Assembly: GCA_964106915.2 (NCBI GenBank)
Contig: OZ066915.1
Reading direction: 5' to 3' (one strand)
Length of the DNA: 64,000 bases
Source of the DNA: Podarcis gaigeae
Lineage: Eukaryota
In this document: positions 24,144 through 38,590 of the stretch, in pieces
How the letters are laid out: each line of letters opens with the position of its first letter
Position numbering within the stretch: position 1 is the stretch's first letter
The notes under the pieces: model-generated
The model's input: the letters and a program-made list of their open reading frames with translations, nothing else
What the model was told of the DNA's origin: nothing
Databases searched by the model: none
Program-made: the position numbers and the translations under genes

Positions 24144-24559
24144 TATGTTGCTACAATCCAACAGGGAGCAGTCCATAGTACCAGATGAAAATATTATGCC
24201 AGTAAGTCCCACCATACTCTCTCCCTCACATAGCACATGCACAAACATGCATCTCTTTCTCATTCATATATGCACTTCATATATTTATCACGCGGACCAT
24301 ACATACACAAAAACCACCCCATACACTCCCTTCTGAAATTCCCACACACTACACACAGACCTCTCTCTGCCTGGCTCTCTGTCACCTCCACCCCCAGTGC
24401 AACTCACTCAAATGCAAAGAGCATGCCTGACATTCGGATTCATTGCTGGGCTACTAGTCACGGTGCCTGTGTGCTATTTCTAGGTTTAAAGGCAGTGTGC
24501 CTCCAAATCTCAATGGCTGGGGAACACCAGTGCAAAAAGACCATTGTCTTCAAATTCAT

Positions 24560-24562
24560 TCT

Positions 24563-24641
<79 letters not shown>
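24560..24641. repeat. (CT)n(CA)n compound microsatellite
   Basis: Read directly from the sequence. Confidence 0.95.
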
Positions 24642-24642
<1 letters not shown>

Positions 24643-24919
24643 AGATTAGCCTACTTGGCGACCAAGAGTGGGAGATGAAACAGTGCCTGTAATATGCAGC
24701 TTGGATTGCTGGCACCATCTGGTGCTATTTGCCCCATAGGCACCATTCTGCAACGCAACATTTCTCCAACTGTAGCCCCTCTGTGATCTGGCTTGCGTGG
24801 GTTTGTTCTGTGGAGGTTTGCTATGCGGATGTCCTACAATAGGAAATATAAACAATGCTGCTGCAGCAGCAATATACTGAGCAGAAAGCGGATGCCCCGT
24901 GCAAAAATGAATAATATTA

Positions 24920-25144
24920 CAGTGGTTCCTTGGGTTACAGACGCTTCAGGTTACAGACTCCGCTAACCCGGAAGTAGTACCTCGGGTCAAGAACTTTGCT
25001 TCAGGAAGAGAACAGAAATCGTGCAGTGGCAGCATGGCGGCAGCAGGAGGCCCCATTAGCTAAAGCGGTATCTCAGGTTAAGAACATTTCAAGTTAAGAA
25101 CGGACCTCCAGAACAAATTAAGTTCTTAACCCGAGGTACCACTG
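24920..25144. mobile_element. Tigger-like MITE (~230-bp family), opposite orientation
   Basis: TA|CAGTGGTTCCTTGGGTTA ... TAACCCGAGGTACCACTG|TA. Confidence 0.92.
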
Positions 25145-26056
25145 TACTTTTAAAGGAACAGGGACTAAAGAGCTAGTAACAGCCCTTCTTCTCATCAATT
25201 CCAACGACAACTGAAACAAACTGGGAAAGGGTGGGAAAGCATTTATAGACTAAAATCGGTGGATGTGGGTGAGCATCTCTGCGTGGTCCTTCTTAGCCTG
25301 CAGAGGTAATTTCCCTCCATGGCAGGGATTACTACTAATCTCAAAATCAAAATGGGGAGGATGGGGGGGGGCCGATATAGTTTAAAAAGAGCTGGGGGGG
25401 CATATGGGAGGGAGGAATTAGCAGACAGAAGATGGTTTAAGCCCCACAGCAGATTCTCCCCTTCATATGCCTCCAATTAACATTATAAGGCAAGAACAGG
25501 CTAGGAATCATATCTCTTTTAACATACAATTCCACCCTCACTTGTATGTGCTGTCTTGCTTAGCCTTCATTTGTAGCATTGCTATAGTTTATATATGAGA
25601 TATTTATAATGACAGCCAAATCCTCTGTTCTTATAATAAGTGAGTTTTGTCATGTAATCTTGAATAACTCTAAAAACAGGCCTCTGAACCTGCCTCCCCC
25701 TCAAAAAGGTATTCCCAGCAGCTCCCTATATACAGTATTTCCCACCGTGCCCCACCTGCTTTTGTCCTGGTTCAAAGACTAGTTTCTCCTGACTTATACT
25801 TGAGGCATTTTTCTCCCTAAAGACCACTTTGAGCACTTAAGGAATGCTTCAGGAACGCTTGCTGATACTGAATATTTGCTAGGTGAAAACCTTCCCATAC
25901 CTGTTTGTGGTGGCTTAAGTAAATCTCAACAGCATTAGCAATGGTGAGGAAGAATCCCCCTTGTTTGGGGAAGCGGGGTTGGGGTGGGAGAAAAGGAAAG
26001 CAGGGGAGGGAACTGAAATAAGACTCTCCTTTTACCCTTAAGTCCCAAACAGAATT

Positions 26057-26203
26057 CCTGGTTAGAACTCAGTGGGCAGAGCATGAGACTCTTAACCTCA
26101 GGGCTGTGGGTTTGAGCCCCATGTTGGGCAAAAGATTCCTGCATTGCAGGGGGGCTGGACCAGATGACCTTCGTGGTCCCTTCCCACTCTACAATTCTAC
26201 GAA
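26057..26203 (+). mobile_element. tRNA-Lys(CTT)-headed SINE with CR1-type tail
   Basis: CTCAGTGGGCAGAGCATGAGACTCTTAACCTCAGGGCTGTGGGTTTGAGCCCCATGTTGGGC resembles tRNA-Lys-CTT; tail AGATGACCTTCGTGGTCCCTTCCCACTCTACAATTCTA is a CR1 3' end. Partial copy on the minus strand at 49801-49860. Confidence 0.85.
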
Positions 26204-27016
26204 CCTTTAAAAAAAGCATTACACTCACAGTCTAGTATGTAGAAAATAATATGTTGAGGTTGGACGTGGGAGAAAACAATGCTCACTGGGTGGCCTTAGA
26301 CAAGCCATTCTGTGTCACAGTCTAAACTACTTAACAGAGTTTTAATGAGGATGAAACAAGATCAGGATGTATTATAAAAAGAAAGAAACCCTTTTAAGTT
26401 AACAAACATTTCCTAAAACTCTAAAAATGATTGGATGGGTTTCAAAAGTTACCACATGAGACAGAAACTGCATTGTGTCAAGGCATTTCTTGATTTAACT
26501 ATTTAAATACAGGATTCAAATGGAGATGTGGTGGGCGGTTTTGTGTTTCGTTTTGCAAAAAGGTGGTTATAAAAAAAGAAGTCTCAGTCCTGTAAGGTGG
26601 GGGGGGGGGAGGGTACTATAGTTAATTTAATGAAACAAACAGTAAGAACAGGCCCTGCTAAGTCAAACCAAAGGTGTATCTAGACTCACATCATGTTTCC
26701 CATAGCAGTAAACCAGGTGCCTATGGAAGCCCAGAAGCAATATATGGCTGCATATCATACACACTATGCATTTAAATCACATGACTCACCCCAAAGAATC
26801 CTGGGAACTGTCAATCACCACTCACAGAACTACAGTTCTCAGCACCTTAAACTATAGTTCCCAGGATTCTTTTTTTTGGGGGGGGGTCCATGTGCTTTAA
26901 ATATACTATGCGTATATAGCTTAAGAGCACCACAGCACTCTCTCCACTCATGTTCCCCAGTAACTGGCCTTCAGAGTGGACAGCCTTATCATTTATGAAT
27001 TACCGGTACTCTAACC

Positions 27017-27341
27017 AGCCTAGGACTTGCCAATCAGAAGGTTGGTGGTTCGAATTCCCGCGACGGGGTGAGCTCCCGTTGCTCAGTCCCTGCTCCTGCC
27101 AACCTAGCAGTTCGAAAGCACGTCAAAGTGCAAGTAGATAAATAGGTAAATTACCTTCTCTGACGGGAAGGTAAACGGTGTTTCCGTGCGCTGCTCTGGT
27201 TTGCCAGAAGCAGCTTAGTCATGCTGGCCACATGACCCGGAAGCTCTATGCCGGCTCCCTCAGCCAGTAAAGTGAGATGAGCGCCGCAACCCCAGAGTCG
27301 GCCACGACTGGACCTAATGGTCAGGGGTCCCTTTACCTTTA
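27017..27341 (+). mobile_element. Sauria SINE, slightly 5'-truncated
   Basis: Core and 3' end GACCTAATGGTCAGGGGTCCCTTTACCTTT. Confidence 0.93.
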
Positions 27342-27497
27342 ACCCCTTTAAAGCCACCATAAGGCGGGTGCCCATCATTACGTCTTGTACCAAACTCCAT
27401 AGTTTAGCAAGGCACTATTTGGAGAAGTACTTCTTCTTGCTTGAAGGCTGAGCCGCTGCCATCAATCTGCACCATTTGAGTGACCTCAAGCTTCTAG

Positions 27498-27531
<34 letters not shown>

Positions 27532-28430
27532 ATATATATAGGAGGGAGGGAGGGAGAGAGAGAGAGGGAGGGAGAGGGGGAGGGAGAGATCCATTTCCCC
27601 CATGCCATACAGAATTCTATACTCCTGTTTATCTAATACCTATCTGGGACATTACTGAGATCAGAACTGAAAAGAACAGAATACCAGAAGTTTCCTTTGT
27701 TTTTGTTGCTTTTAACATTTGCCATAGAACTTTATGCAAGGTGGAACAGTTGACTTAATAAAAAAAATGTATTTGGCAAGTTAATCAAAACTGGCTCCAA
27801 TCCAAAACTTCAAGGGCATCCCTACCCTAAAAACATAAGTGGTGAGTTTTCCTTTGATAGGACAAGTCACATTCTTAAAGATTAGAGTGAACTAAGCACT
27901 TTCGAGCACCGAAAGTATCTTTGGCATGTTATGCATGTTTATTGAAAAATAATTCCCCCTGCTCAATGGGGTTTACTGCTTAGAAAGTTGAAGTTCCAGT
28001 TACACGCACTGCAGTACTTGATAGGACCTTTTACCCCTGTTTATGTCTTTGTTTTTAAACTAAACTATAAGGAAACAGTGCCAAGGTACAAACTGACTGA
28101 AAGTCTTCAAAGTGGGGGCAGACTAAGGGAAGCTGTCAAGCTTTATTCGTATTTTCATAGAGAGTTAAGAAAAATCAACTCAGTACACAGAGATGATACT
28201 AAAAGCTGCAGACAGAGAACTGTGCTATGGACAAGAGGCAAGCCACAAAAGGAAACTAAAGAGGTCAGAAATATGGGCAGGAAATAACAAAATGAGATTC
28301 AGCTTGGAAAAATGCAGCTACGGGGGAAAATCAGCCAAATAGAACTATTCAGTGGGAGGGAGGTCTTGGGGAAAAAACAATTATAGCATTTATGACCCAT
28401 CCCACCCTGCAGCTGGGGAGCATGTGTCTT

Positions 28431-28476
<46 letters not shown>

Positions 28477-28493
28477 GAGAGAGAGAGAGAGAG
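28431..28493. repeat. (GC)n(CA)n(GA)n compound microsatellite
   Basis: Read directly from the sequence. Confidence 0.95.
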
Positions 28494-29479
28494 AACAGCA
28501 ATCATACAACAAAACGTTATTAAAAAAATCCTGTTTTAGCTCCAGTAACTTCACAACTGTATGACGGACTTCATTTGCCATGTCTAATAAGAAGAAAAAA
28601 TAGCACACCGAGAAATAATGCTGATGTGGTTCTGAGTGTGTGCAGAGTGACAGCCTTCTTGATTTAAATAGTTGACCTAGGATTGCATAAAGATTTGTTG
28701 CTTCATGCAAACATCTTGATTTGTTTTAAGCAAAAAAGGTTCAGCTCTGTAAGGTGGTAGGGCATATAAACATCCCATCATGCAAAGCATAGAACCCTGG
28801 AATCTTTGTATTCTTAGAATTTCAGAAGCTCTTTCCAATGATTAGCCCTTAAGTGTCTTAAAGAGGGATACTTCCCAGTAAGTCATATACTGTTCAAATG
28901 GGCTGTCCTTCATGTCATGTTCAGCAAACATATTGGCTGTGGCATTTTCCACAAACTGTATGATGTCTGGAATTCCTAATAGCAATGACACTGGTAGTAT
29001 CACATGGCTGGTTCACCCATTCCCTTCATAAATTAGGCTTAGCGTTATACAAAACAAGCCTTTCTAAAAAACAAGCACACCACTGTGTGCTGCCCTTCAG
29101 ACCAGAAAGTTCATCCCACTGTATTTTGTTTTATAATCCACACACACTATCATGAAGTTCAGAGTACGCAATGCAAGAAAAGGAAACCAGCAAATTATAT
29201 GACATCCTATTAGAACACCATTGACATGTTTCCACCCTTTGCTCATTTAACTCTGGGCGCCAAAGCCAATCAAAGGAAGTTGGTCCAACACTTTGGTTCA
29301 ACTTTGACAAGCTTGCAATGAGTAGTTCCATAGCTGGGGTACAACTACTAGGAATGTCTTTCTTTTGAACACTTGGTGTCTAAGTCTGAAGCACAGGTGG
29401 TATCATTAATAGAGCACCTTCAGTGGATCTCAGAGAAGCAAGCAATGAGATGTTTTCTGAGGTATACTTATCCTTAGTC

Positions 29480-29990
29480 ATTTCTTTTATCAGCTAAAAC
29501 AAACACCTGAAAAGAACTAGTATCCAATGTGGGTGTCAAGCCAGATCATCAGAAAAGTAACTATTCAGAAAGAATTATCTTAGTTCCATGTAGGAACATG
29601 TTTACAGAATTAAAATTTAAAGTCATGCCCTCTGCATTTTTAGATGGCCACTATAAGAAATTACCCTTGGAGCAGCATTTCTGTCTGTTTTGTTGAAAAG
29701 TTATAGAGGATATTATTCATTATTTTACTCAGAGCCCTTTTTGTAAGGATCCTTTTGAAAAATATTTGAGTTTAGTGTCAGGAAGAATATTGCTATACTT
29801 TTTAAAATTTACAAGGTATTGTGGGGGGGGGAGCTATCTGAAAACTATGTTACTTTGTTCCCTTATTTGCACTGGTAACCAGGAAATGAAGATCTAAATT
29901 TGTGGCTCAACTCTGAAGGTTCCTGTTTTGTTGTTGCTGCTATGGCTTATTGCTAAACAATAAATTTACTACAAAAAATAAATAAATAGG
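29480..29990 (+). mobile_element. Old non-LTR retrotransposon 3' end (clade uncertain, RTE-X-like)
   Basis: From ~29592 reads RNMFTELKFKVMPSAFLDGHYKKLPLEQHFCLFC*KVIEDIIHYFTQSPFCKDPFEKYL, a decayed C-terminal zinc-knuckle region; AATAAA and A-rich tail near 29960-29990. Confidence 0.6.
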
Positions 29991-30303
29991 AAGTATCCAC
30001 CTAACGTGTTCCATCAGCACAAGGATTTCTGCTTGCACAATGAAACACCCCCGTCCCACTCACCCCACCCCACCCCCAAAAAACCTACTCCGGGGTGTTG
30101 GAGGAACTTTCAGAACAGATCTAGGAAGTGCATGAGGGTAAAAAGGGGGGAAGGTTCTGTTGTGCAAGCGGAAATCCATGCACTGATTAAATGAGTTACC
30201 ATAGTTGGATACCACCCAGTGTGAATGTCAGGTGTAGCTGCAATGAGAACCGCTCTGCAAGCCATACTGTTCAAAGTAGTAACCTATGCCCAACATATTA
30301 ACT

Positions 30304-30352
<49 letters not shown>
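30304..30352. repeat. (GA)n microsatellite
   Basis: Read directly from the sequence. Confidence 0.95.
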
Positions 30353-30356
<4 letters not shown>

Positions 30357-33300
30357 ACTTAGAAAAAAAATTAAAAGTTGGGGTAGGCTGATTACTTTGG
30401 GTATAAATCTCCAGAGTCAACAACTTTTACCAGCATTCAATTCACCTCATTAAAAAAAATGTTTTTTAAGTTTTCCCTACACAGACCGCAATGAAATGTT
30501 ATATTGCACTTAAAACATGGGGAATAATTAGATTAACTTTGTAGCTATCATAAGTTTTGACTTAGCTGGTAAGGGCAAATCAGTTCATGAGGTTTGAAGT
30601 CACCCCAGTTTGAAAAATGAGCTATACTTAAAATATAAAAACCCTACTGGAAGTTCAAGAGCCAGTGTTGCTCGCAGGAAAGGAGAAGTAAGAACTTTGC
30701 AAATGGCTTGTATCCCATTGTTAAGCCTTGACCCTGGCAGTCAATGATTGAATACAACAGAATGGAAGAAATCTAGAACGGAATACAAGAGCAAACTCTA
30801 GCTTTGATTCAGGTACCATTAGAGTGCTCTACTTACAGCTAAAAGACGGACAGAGCTTTTACATCAGTGAAGCTCAGCTGCAAGGAGGCTCAGCTCTTGT
30901 CTCCAAGCACAGAGTTTCTCCTGTTCTATATTTAGGCCTGTTTCAAGTACACAATGCCCTGCAACCCCAAAACTGTGAGCAAGGAGGTGTAATTAGTTTT
31001 CCTCCTGCAGCCACCTTCTCTGATGTTCTGAGAATTCATTAGGAGTTTTCAATGGCCATCTCAGGATATTCTTCAGGTTGATCCTGGCCCACATGAGCAC
31101 AGACTCTGCTGCAGAAATCTGGAATTCCAAGCATCTTAACTTGCAGCGACTTTTCTAAACCATTTACAGCCATTAGAGCAATGGAGAATGCCATGCAACT
31201 GAATTGCTGGATTATCAAAAGTTTTATATTATGTGTCTCTATCATTCTGCCTTTTTCTTGTAGCCACAATACTTAACATGCCTTCTCTTCCCACACATCC
31301 ATAACAGAACACCCGCGGGCTTTTTAAAGAACAACTTCACCATCTATTTGAATTAAATAAATGCTTGCAAATCTGATTAGTTTTCGTCGTTTATTTTGGA
31401 GGAGAATTTTGTTCCCTTTGGCACAGAGTACCTGCAATGCTGATCACAGTGATTCTGGAAGGTGGATCATCAACTGGCAACATAAATCATTTGGATTAAG
31501 GGTAGAACAGAATCTACTCTGTGGGGCTGAAATTTTGTATATCTTTGATATCCATCAAAGTTTTAAATCCAAGTACTTTAGACTTCCCTGTTGCTCATCA
31601 AGATGTCAAACAACAATGCCATAAAGTGTAAACTATCAGATACTGACAACCACTGTCAGGTACCGATAACTGATATATCAACACTAAATGCCACTGCATA
31701 TCAGTTGCTGGCTGCCAAATATCCTGAGATATGCTGAAATCAAATATGCACAGATATTGTCTTTGAATATTCAGCAACTATTTGGCTTATGGAAACAACA
31801 TCAACGTTCAGAAACGCTGGGAGCAGGTTTGTTGCAGCTCCAAAAGGAATTTCCTTGCACAAAGTATTGAAATGCAAAGCCTGCCCCACCTCGTAAGTTT
31901 ATGTTAGCTTACAATGTATAAAGTTCCTCTCACATTTTGTAGAGCAACCTGCTCCTGGCACATTCTAGGATCGGGGTTTCGCATATTATTCCTATGGGAA
32001 GCTGACCTTGCCTTTGTGCTGCACTGAACAACTCTCTGAGTCCCTTCTAGCTCTGCGGCTGCTCTCACAAGCTACCCAGAGAAGCCAAAGTTCCCATCCG
32101 CAACTACCTCGCTTGTTTCTGAATTGCTAACATGGTTGTCATGGTATCTTAAAGGCAGGAAACAGCCCTTTAAAATGTGAATGATAGCCAGATAAGCGGG
32201 CACTATTTACCTGAAATTATCCAACAGATGTGCATTCAACCGTTTCTGTGAACAGTTTAAACACCAGCACACCAGCCCCTTTGTTTAAAAATCAAAACAT
32301 CCATGCTGGTCCCCACCTGTAGCACAATACCTGCTCATTTAAAACACTGGGATTTCAGGATTTAGAAAAGAAAGGGGGAGATCATCTTTTCCTTTATGGA
32401 ATGAATACAATGCTGGCATTTGTGAGATCAGCAGAGAGACATGTTGACAATCTCCAGCGAAAGCTCTCCACCACCATTCTATAATGATGGCACCGTCATG
32501 TTCAGTCCTTTTCCATGGTTTGCTACAAAGCTCCATTCGGCATTCAGCTCTCTGAGGCAGTGGACGGGCCTGACTCACAGAGGATCTACACAACATGACT
32601 GGGTGGGAGAGGCGAAAGAGAGAAGGCCTGGGAACGCATCCAAAAGTTCAGATCAACGCAGAGCCTCACAAAACTGCTATCACCAAACACAGTTCAACAA
32701 GCCAATTGGAAAGGAAGCTTTTATTTACAACTCACATTTAACTCCAGATGACACCAGCATGAGCCCAAACAAGGCCTGCATCGCATTATGCATAGATTTC
32801 ACAAACCTATGACCTCAGATATGTTCCAAGCACGTTGGCCTGCTTAGTCTTTGCCAAGTCCCTTAAGGGGCTGAGGCAGACACATGCTTGAAACATCTGA
32901 CACTCTGCACAGAATCTAACGAGCAAGGCAGCCACGGGCTCCTCCAGCCACCATCCCCTACAATGCCGTCATTGCCTGATCCTCACTTCCTACACTTCTT
33001 TGACACCTTTAAAGGAAGACAGAAGCATCTATTTCCATCTAGTGAAAGAGAAACCTGTCAATTTGGGGGTTCTCTCAGACTATCATTTTTTTCAATATTA
33101 AGTTCAGTTTGCCACATTTCCACAACTGATTGCAATTTAAGAAATAAAAGAAAAATCCCCACGAGAATTCATCAGCATTCTAGTGCACATTTCTACCAAT
33201 ATTTCATTTCATTGTTGATTTGTAAGGGTATTTCTAAACCAACTATATAATTGGTGTATACAATAAAACATTTATTAGGCATTACAAATATAGGACATCA

Positions 33301-33426
33301 TAAAACAGCCATATATAAAATTTTAAAATATATACAAATAAACAATCATGTAAAAATATGTAATAATGAGGATTTTTATTGGAGTTTCTTCCAGCTAAAT
33401 AGTGCCATTCACCACTCTAAGAGATA

Positions 33427-33787
33427 GGTAAAGGTAAAGGTACCCCTGCCCGTACGGGCCAGTCTTGACAGACTCTGGGGTTGTGCGCCCATCCCACTCA
33501 AGAGGCCAGGGGCCAGCGCTGTCCGGAGACACTTCCGGGTCACGTGGCCAGCGTGACATCGCTGCTCTGGCGAGCCAGAGCCGCACACGGAAACGCCGTT
33601 TACCTTCCCGCTGGTAAGCGGTCCCTATTTATCTACTTGCACCCGGAGGTGCTTTCGAACTGCTAGGTTGGCAGGCGCTGGGACCGAGCAGCGGGAGCGC
33701 ACCCCGCCGCAGGGATTCGAACCGCCGGCCTTTCGATCGGCAAGTCCGAGGCGCTGAGGCTTTAACCCACAGCGCCACCTGCGTCCC
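33427..33787 (-). mobile_element. Sauria SINE, full length, young subfamily
   Basis: 14-bp TSD CACTCTAAGAGATA at 33413-33426 and 33788-33801; CpGs intact. Confidence 0.95.
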
Positions 33788-36700
33788 CACTCTAAGAGAT
33801 ACTCTTGATAAAAACTCATTTTTGTCAATAGGAGCAAATGACCCAACTAAAATGGTCCCAGGAAATAAGTGTAGCAGTGGGGCAAAAACTTGCATTTGAT
33901 TTTAGAAGCCAGGTACTCTTTAATCTAAAGAATATCAATTCTCATAGTGACATTCTGCAAGTATATAGTAAAATCTTCAAAACATTTGAAGAGCTTAACA
34001 CTCCATGAAAAGTCAGGGCACTTAAAAACAGAACTAGTTCCTGGTTTGATGACGAATGTCTTCAACTTAAAAGAAATTGTGCTGAATTTTCATAGATAAT
34101 CGTACCAAACTAGAACCTTCCTACTTTGATGAAAAGAAAATATCACCTTGTTCTGGCCAAAAAGAAACAAAAATGTGCCACCCTAAAATGGTCCCAATTA
34201 CTTGACTCCATCCAAAACAAAAATAACAAAGCATTTTGGTCGATAGTATATAAATTTCCCTAAAATATGCATATTTGTATGTTATTTTCACAAATATGTG
34301 CATTTTTATGCACACTTTCCCTAAATGTACACAACTTATGCACACAGTATATGTCTGGAGAACTGCATCGCAAAATTTGGACAAGTGCAAATTTCAAAGA
34401 AGAGCTGTTTTTCAGTTCATTTTCCACTGCAGTAGTTATCATCAGGTGCAACTTTAGAATAGGGAGAGAACTGGCAAAAGGCAACCATGTTGTCACATCT
34501 TTCCTAGTTAACTAGGAACATTTTCTCTGAAGAGGAACACAACCTGCAGAGACATGGTATTGGCATAATGTACAAGATTATTTCTTCATATAAACCGAAC
34601 ATGGAGATCTTTGAAATCAATGTTGAAATGGCATGCTTTAATGGACACACTCACTTCTTGCCCTCTAAGTCTCCGACACTCAGCTCTGCTCAACCAGAAC
34701 TCCTTACTTTTTACTAGGTGAGCACAGCCTGGCTGCTTTATTTCTAACTTACCTGCAACGTTGATCATTCAGAATGTGCACAATGGTTTACACAACACTG
34801 AACAGAGCCAACCAGCACAGAACCTGTCTTTAAAAAGAGTAGCCATGAATGGCAATGTATATTTTATGATGTTGCCTGAATTTTGCTCAAGTCCTCATGG
34901 TACCATTTCCATTATTATTCCTAAATAAGTCCAGGATTTCAGTTTTCCAGACTGACTAATCAAGAACACTGTATCATCCTATCAATTTAAATTACAGTTA
35001 TACCTTAAAGGGTGGTTCCTGTGTATATTCAATCATTATTTGGTTAAAGTTCCATAAAGCAAAGGCTTTAAAAGATATTAAAAGGTCCCATCTACTTTAG
35101 GGCAGGGGGGTTTGGGGGGGGAGGAGAAAGAATTATTTGTGAAGCTACCTTACTAGCCCAACTATTAACATATGCTTAAAAAAATTCCAGCACAAAGAGT
35201 TCCCACAGAAATGGGCTGGTTCTATTTTTAAGTGGCAGTACAGTGTTAAATCATGCAACTTTCGGATCCACAGCCATTGGAACTCATCTGGAACTAAATG
35301 CCATTCAGCTTCTTTCCTAGAGCTTATGTGAGCCACAGACCATTCCATGAGACACATATGGCTATCCTCAGCTGGCATATAAAAGCATGCGCGCGCACAG
35401 ACACACACACAGAGGTACAGGCAATGGGGGTCAGGGGAATGTGGTGGATGTAATTACAAAGTGAGGTCAGAGGCCCAGCAATGCGAGAGATGGGTGTGCC
35501 ACATTACTACAAAGCACACAGAGGAAAACGAGATTCATTCAAAAGAGGAAAAGATCCAATCAAAGTGGGTGTGACCCATTCCTGACTGGTAATGAATTAG
35601 AAAAGCAAGTATATATGGACAACGAAAGAGAGACAATAACTTTCTATGATGAGCTGGCCACTCCCAGTCTCAACTGAGCCTGTCTGACAGTGTCAAATCC
35701 ACTAATAAATTCCACACAGCAGTTTCACAATACTTCTTTGTCGACGTATTAACCCAGTATTGTCAACTCCCATCAACGGTGGGTCTCCTAAGGCCTCAGG
35801 CACATTTCTTTCCCAGTTCTGCTACCTAAGACTTTCTGCATGCTTGAAATAGGGAACAAATCCTATATCTCCATATAGATCCTATGTAGGCTGCAAAGGA
35901 AGAAAACACATTTTCTTGCCTTCTCACTTATAAGCGTTCATTGCAACTTGGGGTCAGTGCACACCATTACTGGATGCATGACGAGTCGGTGTTTTGCAGG
36001 CTGGACAGAATTATTTGCATAATGAAGCACCCTAACGAACCAACCTTCAGGAACACAGGTCATAATTTGCCACTAGAATTAAAACACCACACACACAAAC
36101 GCAAAAAAAAAAAATGTTTTTCCCCACATAGACACAAATCTCACCTGAATTGGCTTTACCTCAACCCCAGTCCGGGATCTCCCTTTTCACCTGCATTCTA
36201 TCCAGTGCAAATGTGTCAAAGTCACTTCCCTCTGTCACAAATTTACCTTTCTACTGTAATCAATAGGTCTCCTTGCAATTGTCAGGGAGGAGGTGACAAG
36301 TGTATACAGGCTAAACCTGTCCCATCTGTTGAAAGGCTCTTACTGAAATGAAAGTAGAATTCTCCTTTCAAACATCAGTGCAAAATTTCACAATAGAAGC
36401 AAAACACAAAAGCTACACTATCCAGGAAGGATAAAGTGTGGGGGGAACCATTTCAAGTTACTGTATTTTTCTTCTTCTTCTTCTTCTTACGCCTGATAGT
36501 TGCCATGGACACCAGAAAACTTTGTATGTATCTGTGTCTAATTAGCCGCCCCCACACTGCACCATAGCAACACAGCTAATATTGTCCTCTAAAGATTACT
36601 GTGTTTTTCGCTTCTTAAAGCATATAGATTTGTAGCTAGTTCTATAAAGGTTACCAGTTCCTTAAAAAGGGACGGTCTGGAATGCATCCTACTAGTTAAA

Positions 36701-38590
36701 AGAAAAGCAAGATGTAAACATCAGAGGAGGAATATTCTTTCAGCAGCCAGGGCTGGGCTATGAAGCTGCTTTTCAGTGACAGGTCTTGGGCTGGGATATT
36801 CTTGTCCTGAAAAGATTAAACACAAGGAAGTTGAGGTACCTTCATGCTTCTTCTTGTCCATTGTCCAACAGAGAAGAAAAAGCTTGCTGGTGTAAATCAG
36901 GGATGGGGCTTAAAGGGAGGTGGACCAATATTAATCTCTGCCTGATAAAGTGAATGCTGTTTGCCTGATCAAGGAAAACAGACATGGGGGAGAGGGCAAA
37001 GAAAAAGAACATACTATCAATTTGTGCATTATGGTACAGCATCCAGCAGATATGCAACAACATCTTTCAAGGATATTCCATCACGCCAAGACTTTCGTCC
37101 CCCACTCTAATAAAACCAGCTATAAGGAATTTCTTGCAGTCAGTACCTTATCAAAAATGCATGCCCAACATGTCACTTTCTTGATTTACTGACCATTTCT
37201 GTGTGGAATCGCGGCAGGCAGCTCTTCAGAAATATCCAGGCAAAACAGCCAATGTCACTTCCTTCTGAATCCTGCAGCTGGTCCCTTAGAAGTCTCTCTT
37301 TGCTTACACTTGAGTTTCTCCTAAATTGCTTCCAATTACCTGACTTTACTGCATGCTTACTTGAATGTAACTCCAACTGAGTTCAGGGAGGCTTACTTCC
37401 AAGTAAGCATGCTTAGGCCTGCAGTTTACACTTGCCTCAATTCCAACCTTTGAACTGTGATTTTCCACAGCCTTGCACCTTACCTGCTATATTAACAGAT
37501 TTGCCGAAATATAGTTCATAGGTTTCTTATCACAGGTGTGCCACCACCTCAGTCCAGAGGGTGACCTGCATCTCCTCCCGCTTTTTTCCAGACTTCTTCT
37601 ATAAATTCAGGTTCAAGTTAAGTTCTAACCATAGGCCATCACTTCCTGAAAGCTGCAGTATCTAAGCTAAGCAGCACATGCTGAGTAGCACATGCCACCA
37701 TCTAGGGAAAGCACCTGGAAAGGGTAATATTGCTTGTGAGATGCTTAAGTTTCCTGGGTCTGGGTAGCGATGACTCACAATGCTAATAATTGCATATTCA
37801 TATACTGATGTTTTCATGCCCTTAGTAATGCTTCATGCACCAATTTCTTAGTGTGGGAGAGGTCACAGGCTGTTTTCCAGTCCAATAATCTCACAGTGCA
37901 CACGGATATTTCCCCTTGTCTTTATGGGGCCACACAGCAGATTCAGGATGCATATGACATCTCTATTCCTCCTACATATTTTTACTATTGTAAATGTCAA
38001 GTAACAGGCCAAAAACACATACAGGGTACTATTTTTGAAAGCTTTAAGAGACATATCCTTATCTACAGTCAAGGTTGCAAAAAGCAGTAGAGCTTATTTT
38101 ATTTGCATACCTCATAATGGCTAAATCTGCAAGGAATGGCAAGCCAAACCATAGCTTAGTGCTAATATGTGAAGATGCAGGCTACCAGGGATGAGATTGC
38201 AGCCGCTTTGCGCCTCTCCGGTCCTTTTAAATCAGTGTTGGGTGGGCAGCTAAGCCAAGATATGGCTTAGTGTGGCATCCCATCCCAGGCTTGTGATTAA
38301 GTTCTCTCCTCCTTAACCACTAGCTGCAGCAGATGTTCTTAAACTGGCGACCATCATTTCCAAGTTTGGATGATTGGTGAGACACTTCCAAGTTTAAGCG
38401 CAGCTCAAGTGAAGGGGTTCTCCATACCAGAAAAGAGCTTGAATTCATGCCACTTAGTGAGTTGAGATACGATTACCTGAACCAGATCTATTTGTACAGC
38501 AGGTCTTTTGAACTTAGTAGCCACTTTATCATTTGAAAAAGTGATCGCCGATTAACCATATTCACAAATTTGACTTCCGGTGGTGAGGTA

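Noticed and set aside
20470-25144. Recurrent TAACCTGA repeats as a CRISPR-like or regulatory array
   Set aside because: They are internal subterminal repeats of TA-flanked MITEs, with no repeat-spacer periodicity.
26057-26130. Functional tRNA-Lys gene
   Set aside because: D-arm and T-loop are mutated (GGTTTGAG), and it continues into a CR1-type tail, so it is a SINE head.
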